Part shown: piece after piece, positions 37,687-47,860 of the stretch
Position numbering within the stretch: position 1 is the stretch's first letter
Layout of the letters: every line of letters begins with the position of its first letter
Assembly (NCBI GenBank): GCA_035277905.1
Contig: DATEJO010000036.1
Coordinates: 8,638-72,637 of the forward strand
From: Candidatus Sulfotelmatobacter sp.
GTDB taxonomy: Bacteria; Acidobacteriota; Terriglobia; Terriglobales; Acidobacteriaceae
Direction of reading: 5' to 3'
DNA length: 64,000 nucleotides
Notes under the pieces: generated by a model
What the model saw: only the letters and a program-made list of their open reading frames with translations
Told to the model about the DNA's origin: nothing
Database searches by the model: none
Translations under genes and position numbers: made by a program

Positions 37687-38883
37687 TTACGCGCTCTTTC
37701 CTCGTCGGATCTCGGCCAGCTGAGCAATCGATGCAATAACATACCCCTGATCAGATTCGCTTAAACCAACGGAACATGGCAGGCTCACTGCCTGCGAGTA
37801 AAGGCGGTCCGCCGTCTCGCACGAAGAGGCCTCGCATCGGGAGTGGACCGGGCTGCGATGCATAGGTTGCCAGAGGGGACGTGTTTGAATCGATCTGGCC
37901 TCAAGTTCTTTGATGAGGCATCTGGAATCCATCCCAAAATGTTCTTCGTTCACGAGGATGGTGTAGAGCCAAAAGATACTTTCAGCCCACGGTGCTGCGG
38001 GCATTGTGACAACCCCGGGAATGTCCTTCAAACCGTTGCGGTAGCGTTCGGCAATTGTCCGCTTCGTATCGATATAATCGTCAAGCCTCTCGATTTGAGC
38101 GCAGCCAAGCGCGGCCTGAATGTTGGTCAGACGGTAGTTATAGCCGATCTCGTTGTGCACATATTCAATGGGATCGTCTTTCGCCTGGGTAGTCAGATAT
38201 TTTGCCCGGCTTGCCCATTTCGGATTTGAGGTGACGATCGCCCCGCCTCCGCCGGTCGTGATGATTTTGTTGCCATTGAAGCTGAAGCAGGCGATATCCC
38301 CGATCGTCCCCGTGTGCTTCCCCTTGTACTTCGCGCCAAGACATTCTGTCGCATCCTCAATCACCACGAGGCCAAATTCCCGCGCAACAGACAGGATCGG
38401 ATCCATGTCCGCCGGATGACCAAGGATATGCACAGGCAGAATCGCCTTGACGCGTCTTCCCGTTCTGCGATTACGTAGTTCCCCGCGAGAGAATTCGCAA
38501 TTCATTCGCAAGAAGTTTGTCAGCTTCTGCGTGTCGATCTGCCAGCAGTCCGGTTCTGCATCAATCAGAACGGGCCACGCTCCCGCATACCGGATAGCGT
38601 TCACAGGAGCAATAAAGGTGAGAGTGGAGACGAGGACCTCATCATCCGGCTCAACCCCACTGACGAGAAGCGCCACGTGCAAAGCCGAAGTGCCACTGCT
38701 GGTCGCGACAGCGAAAGGCGCTTGGACCGCGCTGGCGATCAGGCGCTCGAATCGTCCGACATACTCCCCGACCGAAGAAACCCACCCCGTATCGAGGCAA
38801 TCCTTCACATACTTCCACTCATTCCCCTGAATTTCGGGGACCGAGAGCGGAATGGAAATCGACTCTGTTTTCAACTCGCCCAT
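37687..38883 (-). CDS. DegT/DnrJ/EryC1/StrS-family PLP aminotransferase (LegC-like)
   Basis: GNEWKYVKDCLDTGWVSSVGEYVGRFE at the N-terminus, and the PLP-lysine context FSFNGNKIITTGGGGAIV. Confidence 0.9.
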   Translation of the reverse strand: MGELKTESISIPLSVPEIQGNEWKYVKDCLDTGWVSSVGEYVGRFERLIASAVQAPFAVATSSGTSALHVALLVSGVEPDDEVLVSTLTFIAPVNAIRYAGAWPVLIDAEPDCWQIDTQKLTNFLRMNCEFSRGELRNRRTGRRVKAILPVHILGHPADMDPILSVAREFGLVVIEDATECLGAKYKGKHTGTIGDIACFSFNGNKIITTGGGGAIVTSNPKWASRAKYLTTQAKDDPIEYVHNEIGYNYRLTNIQAALGCAQIERLDDYIDTKRTIAERYRNGLKDIPGVVTMPAAPWAESIFWLYTILVNEEHFGMDSRCLIKELEARSIQTRPLWQPMHRSPVHSRCEASSCETADRLYSQAVSLPCSVGLSESDQGYVIASIAQLAEIRRGKSA

Positions 38884-38897
38884 GCTATAGAACGCGA

Positions 38898-39881
38898 CTA
38901 AACTACATAGACTTTTGATTGGTAGTACTCGATATTGGAACGCATCCAGGCGATGGTTTTCGCCAATCCGTCTTGCAAACTCACTTCAGGACGCCAACCG
39001 GCAAGCTGTTCGGCTTTGTCGCTCATCGCACAAAGCCGCTCGACCTCACTTCCAAGAGGCCGAATGCGATCGTTTTCCTGGACAATATGGCATTCCGCTC
39101 CGATCATCCCGCAAATCGTCCTTGCAAGTTCGCCAATCGATATCTCTTTGCCCGAGCCCAAATTCATGACCTGCCCTACAGCTTTTTCGCTTTCTGCATT
39201 CATGAGAAAACCGCGCACCGTGTCCGCGACATAATTGAAATCCCGGGTGGGAGACACATTGCCGATGCGAATCGGCTCATTTGCGAGAGCTTGTCCAATG
39301 ATTGTCGGAATAATCGCGCGAGCCGATTGGCGAGGACCGTAGGTATTGAAGGGCCGCACGATGCTAACCGGCAGTTCAAAAGAACGGTGAAAGGATTCTG
39401 CCAGCTTATCCGCGCTAATTTTGGTCGCTGAGTACGGCGACTGAGCCTGCAACGGGTGCTCCTCTGAGATCGGAATCTCTCTTGCAGTTCCATACACCTC
39501 GCTGGTTGAAGTATGCACGATTCGCTCTACCCCACTCCGCAGCGATTCCTGAAGGATGTTCAGCGTCCCAACAATATTCGTGCTTACGTACGAGGAGGGC
39601 GAGATATAGGAGTAAGGAATGGCAATAAGCGCGGCCAGATGAAATACTACGTCAACGCCCTTGAGAGCGACCCGGACGCTGTCAATCTCACGAACGTCGC
39701 CCGCGACGATCTCCATCTCTTCCTTGTACTCGCTCTGATCAAGCCAACCTTTCCGGCCTTGCCCGTTGTAATGCACCAATGCTCGAGTCTTTGCCCCCGC
39801 GTGGATAAGCGCTTCGGCAAGGTGGCTGCCGATGAAACCTCCCGCACCCGTTACCAGGACGTTCTTGTTTCGCCAGTTCAC
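38898..39881 (-). CDS. NAD-dependent NDP-sugar 4,6-dehydratase/epimerase (SDR; LegB-like)
   Basis: Rossmann motif VLVTGAGGFIGSHL and catalytic YSATK. The GTG start at 39879-39881 overlaps the upstream stop as GTGA. The ORF-track start at 39962 would overlap the upstream gene by 85 nt. Confidence 0.9.
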   Translation of the reverse strand: MNWRNKNVLVTGAGGFIGSHLAEALIHAGAKTRALVHYNGQGRKGWLDQSEYKEEMEIVAGDVREIDSVRVALKGVDVVFHLAALIAIPYSYISPSSYVSTNIVGTLNILQESLRSGVERIVHTSTSEVYGTAREIPISEEHPLQAQSPYSATKISADKLAESFHRSFELPVSIVRPFNTYGPRQSARAIIPTIIGQALANEPIRIGNVSPTRDFNYVADTVRGFLMNAESEKAVGQVMNLGSGKEISIGELARTICGMIGAECHIVQENDRIRPLGSEVERLCAMSDKAEQLAGWRPEVSLQDGLAKTIAWMRSNIEYYQSKVYVV

Positions 39882-40948
39882 TGCCTCGCCCCGATCTGGT
39901 GCACATCCTCTTGCGCACGCTGATAATCCTCGTGACGCCCAATATCCAGCCAGTACTCCCAAACCGGAAAGCTGATGACCTTGCCACCTTTTTTGACCAC
40001 CTTGTCGATCAGTTCCGGCATATCGAATTTTTGGCCAGGAGGAACGAGTTGCCGTGCCGATGTCGAGACAAGATATATACCCGCATTAACAAAAAACTTA
40101 AGCGTCGGCTTCTCCGTGACACCGGTGACGTTCACTCCGTCAGTCTCAACTACTCCGTATGGAACATCAAAACCGTACTCACGAACTGCAACGGTCATAT
40201 CTGCGGAGTGCTCAAAATGAAAATTCAGAAGGGCACGGAAATCCAGCCCCGTCAGAATATCCCCGTTAATAACGAGCAGAGGCTCTTCACCCGAAATCAG
40301 AGAAAGCCCCCCAGCCGTACCCATTGGCTGATCTTCCGCGACGTAATCTACGGGAATTCCGAATGCCTCTCCATCACCGAGATGGGTAGAAATCTGCTCT
40401 GCTTTGTAATGGGTGCTGATGTTCACCTTCGAAACACCCGCTTGTTTGAGCTGCTCCATCAAGCGATCAATCAGGGGGCGATCACCAACCCGGAGTAATG
40501 GCTTTGGAATCTCGGCAGTCAGCGGCATCAGACGCTTGCCGTAACCGCCGGCCATTACGACAGCGTGAACCAAGCCGGGCGGTGCGTCGACCAGTTCGTC
40601 GAGCATCGCCAGATCCACTACTCGTCCGTCGTTATCGACAAGCGGAACCTGCCGGATGGAACGCAGCTTCATTTCTCTCACGATCAATTCGTTTGTGCTG
40701 CTAACCGGAAGACTGACGGGGCTGGGCTTGCCTTGCGAGCGGTATCGATGAATTAGATCTGCCACCGGAAGGTCGAGACTCAGTCCAGCCAAGACGGCCC
40801 GGCGCAAATCGCCGTCGGTGAGAGTTGCAATCAGATGCCTATCCTCGTTAACCACAAGCGCAATGCCTTTAGCGCCGCGGTCGATGCAGAGCATCGCCGA
40901 TCGAAGAGTGGACTCTTCTGTGATCAGGACTTTCTCGACTTGAAACAT
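39878..40948 (-). CDS. CBS-pair + sugar-1-phosphate nucleotidyltransferase (PtmE-like)
   Basis: N-terminal CBS pair (...IALVVNEDRHLIATLTDGDLRRAV...QVPLVDNDGRVVDLAMLDEL) followed by VVMAGGYGKRLMPLT (GxGxRL nucleotidyltransferase signature). The ATG at 40946-40948 is preferred to 41086. Confidence 0.85.
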   Translation of the reverse strand: MFQVEKVLITEESTLRSAMLCIDRGAKGIALVVNEDRHLIATLTDGDLRRAVLAGLSLDLPVADLIHRYRSQGKPSPVSLPVSSTNELIVREMKLRSIRQVPLVDNDGRVVDLAMLDELVDAPPGLVHAVVMAGGYGKRLMPLTAEIPKPLLRVGDRPLIDRLMEQLKQAGVSKVNISTHYKAEQISTHLGDGEAFGIPVDYVAEDQPMGTAGGLSLISGEEPLLVINGDILTGLDFRALLNFHFEHSADMTVAVREYGFDVPYGVVETDGVNVTGVTEKPTLKFFVNAGIYLVSTSARQLVPPGQKFDMPELIDKVVKKGGKVISFPVWEYWLDIGRHEDYQRAQEDVHQIGARQ

Positions 40949-41137
40949 GAATGCAGGCACTGCCAGGAAATGCGGAGAATCGTTGCTGAATCTTTTGGTT
41001 CGCGCTTCAACCGCAAAGTTCAATAATATTATCATCGAGCCTGGGGCTATTGCAGAACTCTTGGTTGCTTCGTTTCTAAAAAGCATGCGAGTTCAATTCG
41101 ATGAATCTGCGGAAGTGATCGGAATCAACCTCTTAGC

Positions 41138-42187
41138 ATGAGATCTTTCGAAGTAGGTAACAAGCCGATTGGTGAGGGCTGCCCGTGTTTCGTGATTGCC
41201 GAAGCTGGCGTGAATCACAATGGCAGTCTGGACCTTGCGAAGAAACTCATCGATGCCGCCGCTGCAGCCGGTGCTGACGCGATCAAGTTCCAGACATTTA
41301 AGGCCGAAAAACTGATCTCCGCCACCGCCCCCAAAGCGGAATATCAGAAAGAAACCACCGGAACGGCCGAACGGCAACTCGAAATGATTCGCCGGCTGGA
41401 AATGCCGCCGGAGATGACGCGGGCCGTGGCCGCCCACGCCGCTTCTCGTGGGATTCTTTTCCTCTCCACAGGTTTTGATGAAGAAAGCATAGACCTGTTG
41501 GATGAGATTGGCGTACCAGCATTCAAGATCGGCTCAGGCGATCTCACGGCTCTACCGCTATTGGAGTTCATAGCACACAAGAAGAAACCAGTAATTCTGT
41601 CGACCGGAATGTCATACCTCGAAGAAGTCCAGGCCGCTGTCCAGGTGCTGCGAGAGGCCGGCTGCAAGGAACTCGCGCTTCTGCAATGCGTCTCGAGCTA
41701 TCCGGCAAACCCAGAGGACGCGAATTTGAACGTGCTCAAGACACTGCGGGATGCATTCAAAGTTCCGGTTGGCTTTAGCGATCATTCTCTTCGCAATGAG
41801 ATCGCAATCGCGGCTGTCGCGCTTGGAGCCAGTATTATTGAAAAGCACCTTACGCTCGATACAAACCTTCCAGGCCCGGATCATCGTGTTTCCTTGACTC
41901 CCGACGACTTCAGAAATCTAGTTCAAGCAATCCGCGTAGTAGAGGCTGCTCGCGGAGACGGGATCAAGAGACCACAGGTGGGCGAGAGAAACGTGCGCGA
42001 GGTTGCCCGGCGAAGCCTCGTCGCTGCTTGCACTATTCCTTCCGGCACCGCGGTCACCCGTGAAATGTTGGCCTTCAAACGCCCCGGAACCGGCATCTCG
42101 CCGACACAGTGGAAAGAAGTAATCGGCAAACGAACAATTCGTGAGATTCCATCTGACGCGTTGATCAGTTTGAAGGACCTCGCATGA
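41138..42187 (+). CDS. N-acetylneuraminate/legionaminate synthase family (NeuB/LegI)
   Basis: FVIAEAGVNHNGSLDLAKKLIDAAAAAGADAIKFQTFKAEKL plus a C-terminal SAF/antifreeze-like domain (...GTAVTREMLAFKRPGTGISP). Confidence 0.9.
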   Translation: MRSFEVGNKPIGEGCPCFVIAEAGVNHNGSLDLAKKLIDAAAAAGADAIKFQTFKAEKLISATAPKAEYQKETTGTAERQLEMIRRLEMPPEMTRAVAAHAASRGILFLSTGFDEESIDLLDEIGVPAFKIGSGDLTALPLLEFIAHKKKPVILSTGMSYLEEVQAAVQVLREAGCKELALLQCVSSYPANPEDANLNVLKTLRDAFKVPVGFSDHSLRNEIAIAAVALGASIIEKHLTLDTNLPGPDHRVSLTPDDFRNLVQAIRVVEAARGDGIKRPQVGERNVREVARRSLVAACTIPSGTAVTREMLAFKRPGTGISPTQWKEVIGKRTIREIPSDALISLKDLA

Positions 42188-43344
42188 GCCTCCGTGTTGG
42201 GGTTGTAACCGTTGGCAGATCAGATTACGGAATCTACGTCCCGGTTCTGCGCTGTCTTCAGGCCGACCCGCAGACCGAACTGTCTCTGATCGTGGCGGCC
42301 GGCCACTTGGATCCGAAATATGGAAACACCGTTCAGGAGATTGAAGCGGACGGATTTCCGATTGCCGCGCGGGTACCCATGAGAATGGCAGGCGACTCTC
42401 GCGTAGATGTGGCCAATGCGATTGGAATTGGCGTTCAGGAGTTCACGTCGGCTTTTAAGAGAGTCGGGCCGGATATCGTGCTCTTGCTCGGCGATCGCTT
42501 TGAGATGCTATCCGCTGCGACCGCGGCACTGCCATGCAGAATCCCCATCGCCCACATCCACGGAGGCGAACTTACCCTCGGCGCAATCGACGACGCAATC
42601 CGGCACGCCATTACAAAACTCAGCCATCTGCATTTCGCTGCCACAGCCGAATATGCGCGCCGCATTCGGCAAATGGGCGAGGAACCGTGGCGTGTGCATG
42701 TGACCAGCTCCCCTGCCATTGACTCGATCCGCATGTTTGAGCCCCTTCCCAAATCTCAACTCGAAGACCTTATCGGACTCGATCTGACCAAAACTCTTCT
42801 CATTACGTACCACCCGGTTACCCTTGAAAACAGTGATGAGGACAGCCTTGGCAACTTGTTGGCCGTCGTCTCTGATTCCGGCTATTCTCTCCTGTTTACT
42901 TATCCAAACGCGGACTCGAACAACAATCACATAATTCAACGCGTAAGAGAATTCGCGTGTACCAGGAAAGACGCCCGTTTTGTCACGAACCTCGGCCATC
43001 GCAAGTACCACAGCGTTCAGCGCCACGTCGCTGCGATGGTAGGGAATTCGAGCAGCGGCATTATCGAAGCGGCAAGTTTTCGCTTGCCGGTTGTCAACAT
43101 CGGAACCCGCCAGGAAGGCCGGACGCGCGGGCCCAATATCATCGATGTTGGAACGTCAAAGGAAGCGATCGCCAAAGGAATTTCCAAAGCCTTGAGTCCT
43201 GAGTTCCGCCGTTCCATAGCAAGCATCGAGAATTTTTACGGAGACGGCCACGCTGCCGAGCGCATCGTGTCGCTCCTGAAATCAACACCAGTCGGACCTT
43301 CGCTGATATTGAAGAAGTTTGTTGACTATCCCGTAGTTCAGTGA
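42184..43344 (+). CDS. UDP/GDP-N-acetylglucosamine-type 2-epimerase (hydrolysing), NeuC/LegG family
   Basis: VVTVGRSDYGIY...LLLGDRFEMLSAATAA...IAHIHGGELTLGAIDDAIRHAITKLSHLHF is characteristic. ATGA overlap with the upstream synthase gene. Confidence 0.9.
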   Translation: MSLRVGVVTVGRSDYGIYVPVLRCLQADPQTELSLIVAAGHLDPKYGNTVQEIEADGFPIAARVPMRMAGDSRVDVANAIGIGVQEFTSAFKRVGPDIVLLLGDRFEMLSAATAALPCRIPIAHIHGGELTLGAIDDAIRHAITKLSHLHFAATAEYARRIRQMGEEPWRVHVTSSPAIDSIRMFEPLPKSQLEDLIGLDLTKTLLITYHPVTLENSDEDSLGNLLAVVSDSGYSLLFTYPNADSNNNHIIQRVREFACTRKDARFVTNLGHRKYHSVQRHVAAMVGNSSSGIIEAASFRLPVVNIGTRQEGRTRGPNIIDVGTSKEAIAKGISKALSPEFRRSIASIENFYGDGHAAERIVSLLKSTPVGPSLILKKFVDYPVVQ

Positions 43345-44000
43345 CCGCCGAAATGAGCAAATTGAAAGACATCGTGATTTTGGGGGCAGGGGGTCTTGGG
43401 CGTGAGATCCTCGCGCTGATTGAAGCTTGCAATGCGGAACACGAAGAATGGAACGTCCTCGGTTTTCTCGATTCAGATCCAAATCTCGCCGGGTCTGCGG
43501 TCAGCGCTTATCGTGTGCTGGGCAATGACGAGTGGCGGGGACACTCGCACGATTCGGTGTGGTTCGTATGTGCGATCGGCGATCCGCGTGTGAGATGCGA
43601 GGTTGCGAAAAGGTTTTCTGCTATGGGATGCAGGTTTGCCTCCCTAATCCATCCCGATGTTGAGATTCCCAAGTCCGTCCAAATCGGTGCCGGAGCCGTA
43701 GTCATGGCGGGCACTCGGTTCACAATAGACGCGAAAATAGGATCGCATGTCGTTATATACATAAATTGTTCAATCACCCACGATGTCGAAATTGCAGACT
43801 TCTGCATGATCGCCCCCGGCTGCAATCTTTCTGGCGGCGCCGTATTGGAAGAAGGCGTTCAGCTTGGTACAGGTGTCAGCATTCTTCCCCGTCGTCGCGT
43901 CGGGGCTTGGGCCCTTGTTGGCGCTGGCAGCGTCGTCACACGCGACATCCCGGCGAACTCCACTGCAGTCGGTGTACCCTGTCGACCCATCGTGCGTTAG
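43341..44000 (+). CDS. Hexapeptide-repeat sugar N-acetyltransferase (NeuD/PglD/LegH family)
   Basis: N-terminal Rossmann-like IVILGAGGLGREI followed by a left-handed beta-helix hexapeptide region. GTGA overlap with the upstream gene; the ATG at 43353 is an alternative start. Confidence 0.85.
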   Translation: MTAEMSKLKDIVILGAGGLGREILALIEACNAEHEEWNVLGFLDSDPNLAGSAVSAYRVLGNDEWRGHSHDSVWFVCAIGDPRVRCEVAKRFSAMGCRFASLIHPDVEIPKSVQIGAGAVVMAGTRFTIDAKIGSHVVIYINCSITHDVEIADFCMIAPGCNLSGGAVLEEGVQLGTGVSILPRRRVGAWALVGAGSVVTRDIPANSTAVGVPCRPIVR

Positions 44001-44074
44001 CACGCGACATTTCCTAACAAATTAGAACTCCCTGCCATTACCCACCTGCTTCTTCCTGTTAAAATCAGACTGCG

Positions 44075-47000
44075 ATGCTGCTTCCCTTCGTCCGCGAACT
44101 CTTCGCGGACGTTGAAATTCTTCCCGGCTTCTTGCGTGCAGCCTCCCACCTGAAAGAGGGCACGGGGCGGATACGTGTTTCCGGCCTATCTTCCACCGCG
44201 AAAGCCTTGCTGCTCGTGCTTTTGCGCCGTGCGGCGGACCGTCCGCTGATTGTCGTCGTCAACGATAACCGGGCCACAGAGGATTTCGTTCCGGTTCTCC
44301 GCGGATTCTGCGAGCTGACTTCCGCTTGCGATCCTGAATCGGTCGTTTCCCTCCCCGCCCGCGACGTGCTGCCATTCCAGAATCTTTCGCCGCACCCCGA
44401 GCTACAGGAGGAACGCGCGACTGCGCTCTGGAAGATTGCTACCGGGAAAGCATCGATTGTGGTATCGCCAATTGCAGCCACCGCGATTTTCCAGAGATCA
44501 CCCGAGTACTACACCGACCTCGCCCGAACGCTTCGCCGCGGAGAATCGTTTGACGTCGAGAACCTGCTCGCGCACCTGAACACAGTTGGCTATGCTTCCG
44601 CCGATGTGGTCGAAATGCCCGGGCAATATGCCCTTCGCGGCGGCATTCTAGATGTCTACTCGCCCGAGGCAGAACGTCCGGTCCGCATTGAGTTCTTTGG
44701 CGATGAAGTGGATTCCATCCGCCGCTTCGATCCGACCTCGCAGCGGTCTTCCAATCCGATCGACGAAGCGCTGCTTCTGCCGCTCACGGAGACTCCGGTC
44801 AGCGATCAGTTGCTCGGCGCGATTCACACCCGTCTTTCCGGTAAGCGTATCTCAGGAACCACGGAGGAAATCGTCGAAGCCGCCGTCCGATCGGGAGGAG
44901 TCACCGTATTTCCTGGATGGGAATTTTATGCGCCGGTGGCCGGAGCCGACCGGACCGTCTTCGATCTCCTGCCGCGTGCGGTCGTGTTGCTCGACGAGCC
45001 AGACTCACTTCGCACAGAGTTCGATCGCTTCTGGACTCGAGTAGAAGAAGCGCACGAGCGCAGCGGAGTGGGAAATCTGGTGCGTCCGACGGATTTGTAC
45101 CTTGCACCGGAAGACTGGTGGCAAAAGGTGTGCGCGCTCACGGGTGCCGATCTCGAGCATCTTGGAATCACTCACGGCGAAGAGGATGCAACCGTCTCTT
45201 TCCTGACGCAGCCCACGCCGCGCTTCCATGGCGCTGTTCCATCGATGCTCGAAGAAGTCCAAAAACTGACCGCGGCGGGAAATCAGGTTCTCTTTTCGGT
45301 TCCAAATACCGGAGAAGTCGAACGCCTCGCCGATATCTTCACCGAATACAACGTCGGTTTCCGCCTCGGAAGCCGCACGCGCGGCGGAGAGAGCTATGCC
45401 GATGAGACCAGTTACTTCGCCGGTGAGGTAAACACAACCACGCTGGCGAAAGCGTACGTGCCCGATGGCGTCGTCTTTCCCGATGCGCACCTCGCGATCT
45501 TCGGCTCACGCGATCTGTTCGACGAATCCGACACGGTGGCATCGCGTCCGCAGCGGCAGAAATCGAAGGTTTCGGCGTTCCTCTCGGACTTCCGCGATCT
45601 GCAGGTCGGGGACTACGTCGTCCACGTCGAACACGGAATCGGACAGTACCAAGGCCTGAAAGAGATCAACCAGGGCGATGGCAACGCCGAATTCATGTTG
45701 CTGGAGTACGCGGAGGGCGCCCGCCTCTACGTCCCGCTAACCCGGCTGGACCTCATTCAGAAATACCGCTCCTCGGAAGGCGCCAAGCCAGCGCTGAGTC
45801 ATCTCGGCACGCAGGCGTGGGCTAAGACGAAAGCTCGCGTTCGCAAGGCGATGAAGGACATGACTGAGGAATTGCTGAAGCTCTACGCCGAACGAAAGAC
45901 GGCTCTGGGCCACGCGTTCCCAGCGGGAAGTGAATTTGTCCGCGAATTCGAGGACACATTCGAATACAACGAGACTGAAGACCAGGCGCAGGCGATCACC
46001 GACGTCATGCACGACATGGAATCGACTCAACCCATGGACCGCCTGCTCTGCGGCGATGTCGGTTACGGTAAGACCGAAGTCGCCATGCGCGCGGCATTCA
46101 AGGCGGTCAGCGACAACAAGCAGGTCGCAGTTCTGGCACCGACAACCGTGCTGGCGTTCCAGCACTATGAAACGTTCAAGCAGCGCTTCGGACCATTCCC
46201 GGTCACCATCGAAATGATCAGCCGGTTCCGGAATCCGAAGCAGCAAAAAGAGATTCTGCAAAAAGCGGAAACCGGAAAGATCGACATTCTAATCGGCACG
46301 CACCGGATTCTCTCGAAAGATCTCAAGTTCTCCGACCTCGGCTTGCTCATCGTTGACGAGGAGCAGCGCTTTGGAGTGCGCCACAAGGAACGTATCAAGC
46401 AGATGCGCAAGCAGGTGGACGTGCTCACCATGTCGGCCACGCCAATTCCGCGAACCCTACACATGTCGCTAGTCGGATTGCGCGATATGAGCGTGATCGA
46501 AACTCCGCCCAAAGACCGCATGGCAATTCAAACGGTCGTTGCCAGCTGGGATGACAAGCTGATCCAATCCGCGGTCGAACAGGAACTTGATCGCGGCGGT
46601 CAGGTCTATTTCGTCCACAACCGCGTCGAGAGCATCTGGGAGATCGCTGCGAAGCTGCAAGAGTTGGTCCCCAAGGCGCGAATCATCGTCGGCCACGGAC
46701 AAATGTCGGAAGGCGAGCTAGAAAAAGTGATGCTGAAATTCATGCATCATGAGGCCGACATATTGGTCGCAACTACGATTATTGAGAACGGTCTCGACAT
46801 TCCGCTCTGCAACACGATTCTGATCAACCGTGCCGACCGCCTCGGCCTTTCCGAGCTCTACCAGTTGCGCGGTCGTGTCGGTCGCTCGAATCGTCGAGCC
46901 TACGCTTATCTGCTCGTTCCGCGGGAAGTTGAGCTCACTCCGATCGCGCGCCGGCGTCTGGCGGCGTTGAAGGAATTCTCAGACCTTGGCGCCGGATTCA

Positions 47001-47608
47001 AGATCGCGGCACTCGACCTCGAACTGCGCGGGGCCGGAAACCTGCTCGGGGGCGAGCAGAGCGGCCACATTGAAGCCGTCGGTTTCGAACTCTACACTCA
47101 GATGCTCGATCGTGCCGTCCGCGAGATGAAGGGCGAAGCGGCTCCAGACGAAGCCGAAACGCAACTGAATCTCGGACTCAACATCCGCATTCCTGCGGAA
47201 TACATTCCGGAGGAGAATCAGCGCTTGCGAATGTACAAACGGGTCGCCGGCGTGGAAACCGAGTCTCAGCTTTCCGATGTGGCTGCCGAATTGGAAGATC
47301 GCTATGGGCCTCCGCCTCCCGCCGTCCGCAATCTGCTTGACTACGCCTCGCTGAAATTGCTGTGCATGCGAGTCGGCGTGAATGCGATCGACCGAAAGCG
47401 CGAGTCGGTCACGTTCAAGTTCCGCCAAAATGCAGCGGTCGATCCCGAGCAGCTGGCGCGATTCGTTTCTGGACAGAAGGGCGCCCAATTCACCCCTGAT
47501 GGAATGCTGAAGTTCACGCTTAAAGTCTCGGCGGCAGAAGAAGTTTTGCGCGCGATGAAGACAGTGCTCGAACAACTCGCAGCCGAAGAAGCCTCACAGG
47601 CTCGCTGA
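44075..47608 (+). CDS. mfd: Transcription-repair coupling factor Mfd
   Basis: 1177 aa with UvrB-homology N-terminal modules, a CarD-like RNAP-interaction domain (DLQVGDYVVHVEHGIGQY), superfamily-2 helicase motifs (GDVGYGKTEVA, DEEQRFG) and a TRG motif region. Confidence 0.97.
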   Translation: MLLPFVRELFADVEILPGFLRAASHLKEGTGRIRVSGLSSTAKALLLVLLRRAADRPLIVVVNDNRATEDFVPVLRGFCELTSACDPESVVSLPARDVLPFQNLSPHPELQEERATALWKIATGKASIVVSPIAATAIFQRSPEYYTDLARTLRRGESFDVENLLAHLNTVGYASADVVEMPGQYALRGGILDVYSPEAERPVRIEFFGDEVDSIRRFDPTSQRSSNPIDEALLLPLTETPVSDQLLGAIHTRLSGKRISGTTEEIVEAAVRSGGVTVFPGWEFYAPVAGADRTVFDLLPRAVVLLDEPDSLRTEFDRFWTRVEEAHERSGVGNLVRPTDLYLAPEDWWQKVCALTGADLEHLGITHGEEDATVSFLTQPTPRFHGAVPSMLEEVQKLTAAGNQVLFSVPNTGEVERLADIFTEYNVGFRLGSRTRGGESYADETSYFAGEVNTTTLAKAYVPDGVVFPDAHLAIFGSRDLFDESDTVASRPQRQKSKVSAFLSDFRDLQVGDYVVHVEHGIGQYQGLKEINQGDGNAEFMLLEYAEGARLYVPLTRLDLIQKYRSSEGAKPALSHLGTQAWAKTKARVRKAMKDMTEELLKLYAERKTALGHAFPAGSEFVREFEDTFEYNETEDQAQAITDVMHDMESTQPMDRLLCGDVGYGKTEVAMRAAFKAVSDNKQVAVLAPTTVLAFQHYETFKQRFGPFPVTIEMISRFRNPKQQKEILQKAETGKIDILIGTHRILSKDLKFSDLGLLIVDEEQRFGVRHKERIKQMRKQVDVLTMSATPIPRTLHMSLVGLRDMSVIETPPKDRMAIQTVVASWDDKLIQSAVEQELDRGGQVYFVHNRVESIWEIAAKLQELVPKARIIVGHGQMSEGELEKVMLKFMHHEADILVATTIIENGLDIPLCNTILINRADRLGLSELYQLRGRVGRSNRRAYAYLLVPREVELTPIARRRLAALKEFSDLGAGFKIAALDLELRGAGNLLGGEQSGHIEAVGFELYTQMLDRAVREMKGEAAPDEAETQLNLGLNIRIPAEYIPEENQRLRMYKRVAGVETESQLSDVAAELEDRYGPPPPAVRNLLDYASLKLLCMRVGVNAIDRKRESVTFKFRQNAAVDPEQLARFVSGQKGAQFTPDGMLKFTLKVSAAEEVLRAMKTVLEQLAAEEASQAR

Positions 47609-47860
47609 AACCGGTTACCCGGTGTAATCCTGATCGAGCCGAACGAAAAAATTCCCTTCCCAAAGGCTTGAATTCCGGCTAGGATATCGCAACTCAACTC
47701 ACCGTACGACCGTTCGGTTGGACATCGGATTGCAGCGGAGTCATCGATGCCCCACCAGACATCTAATTAAGTATCCATACAAACTACGGGGAGACTGTTC
47801 AGGTTTCTGGACATTTTGGCAATTTTGAATACACGCATCGAAAGACTGAGAGAGCAGAGC

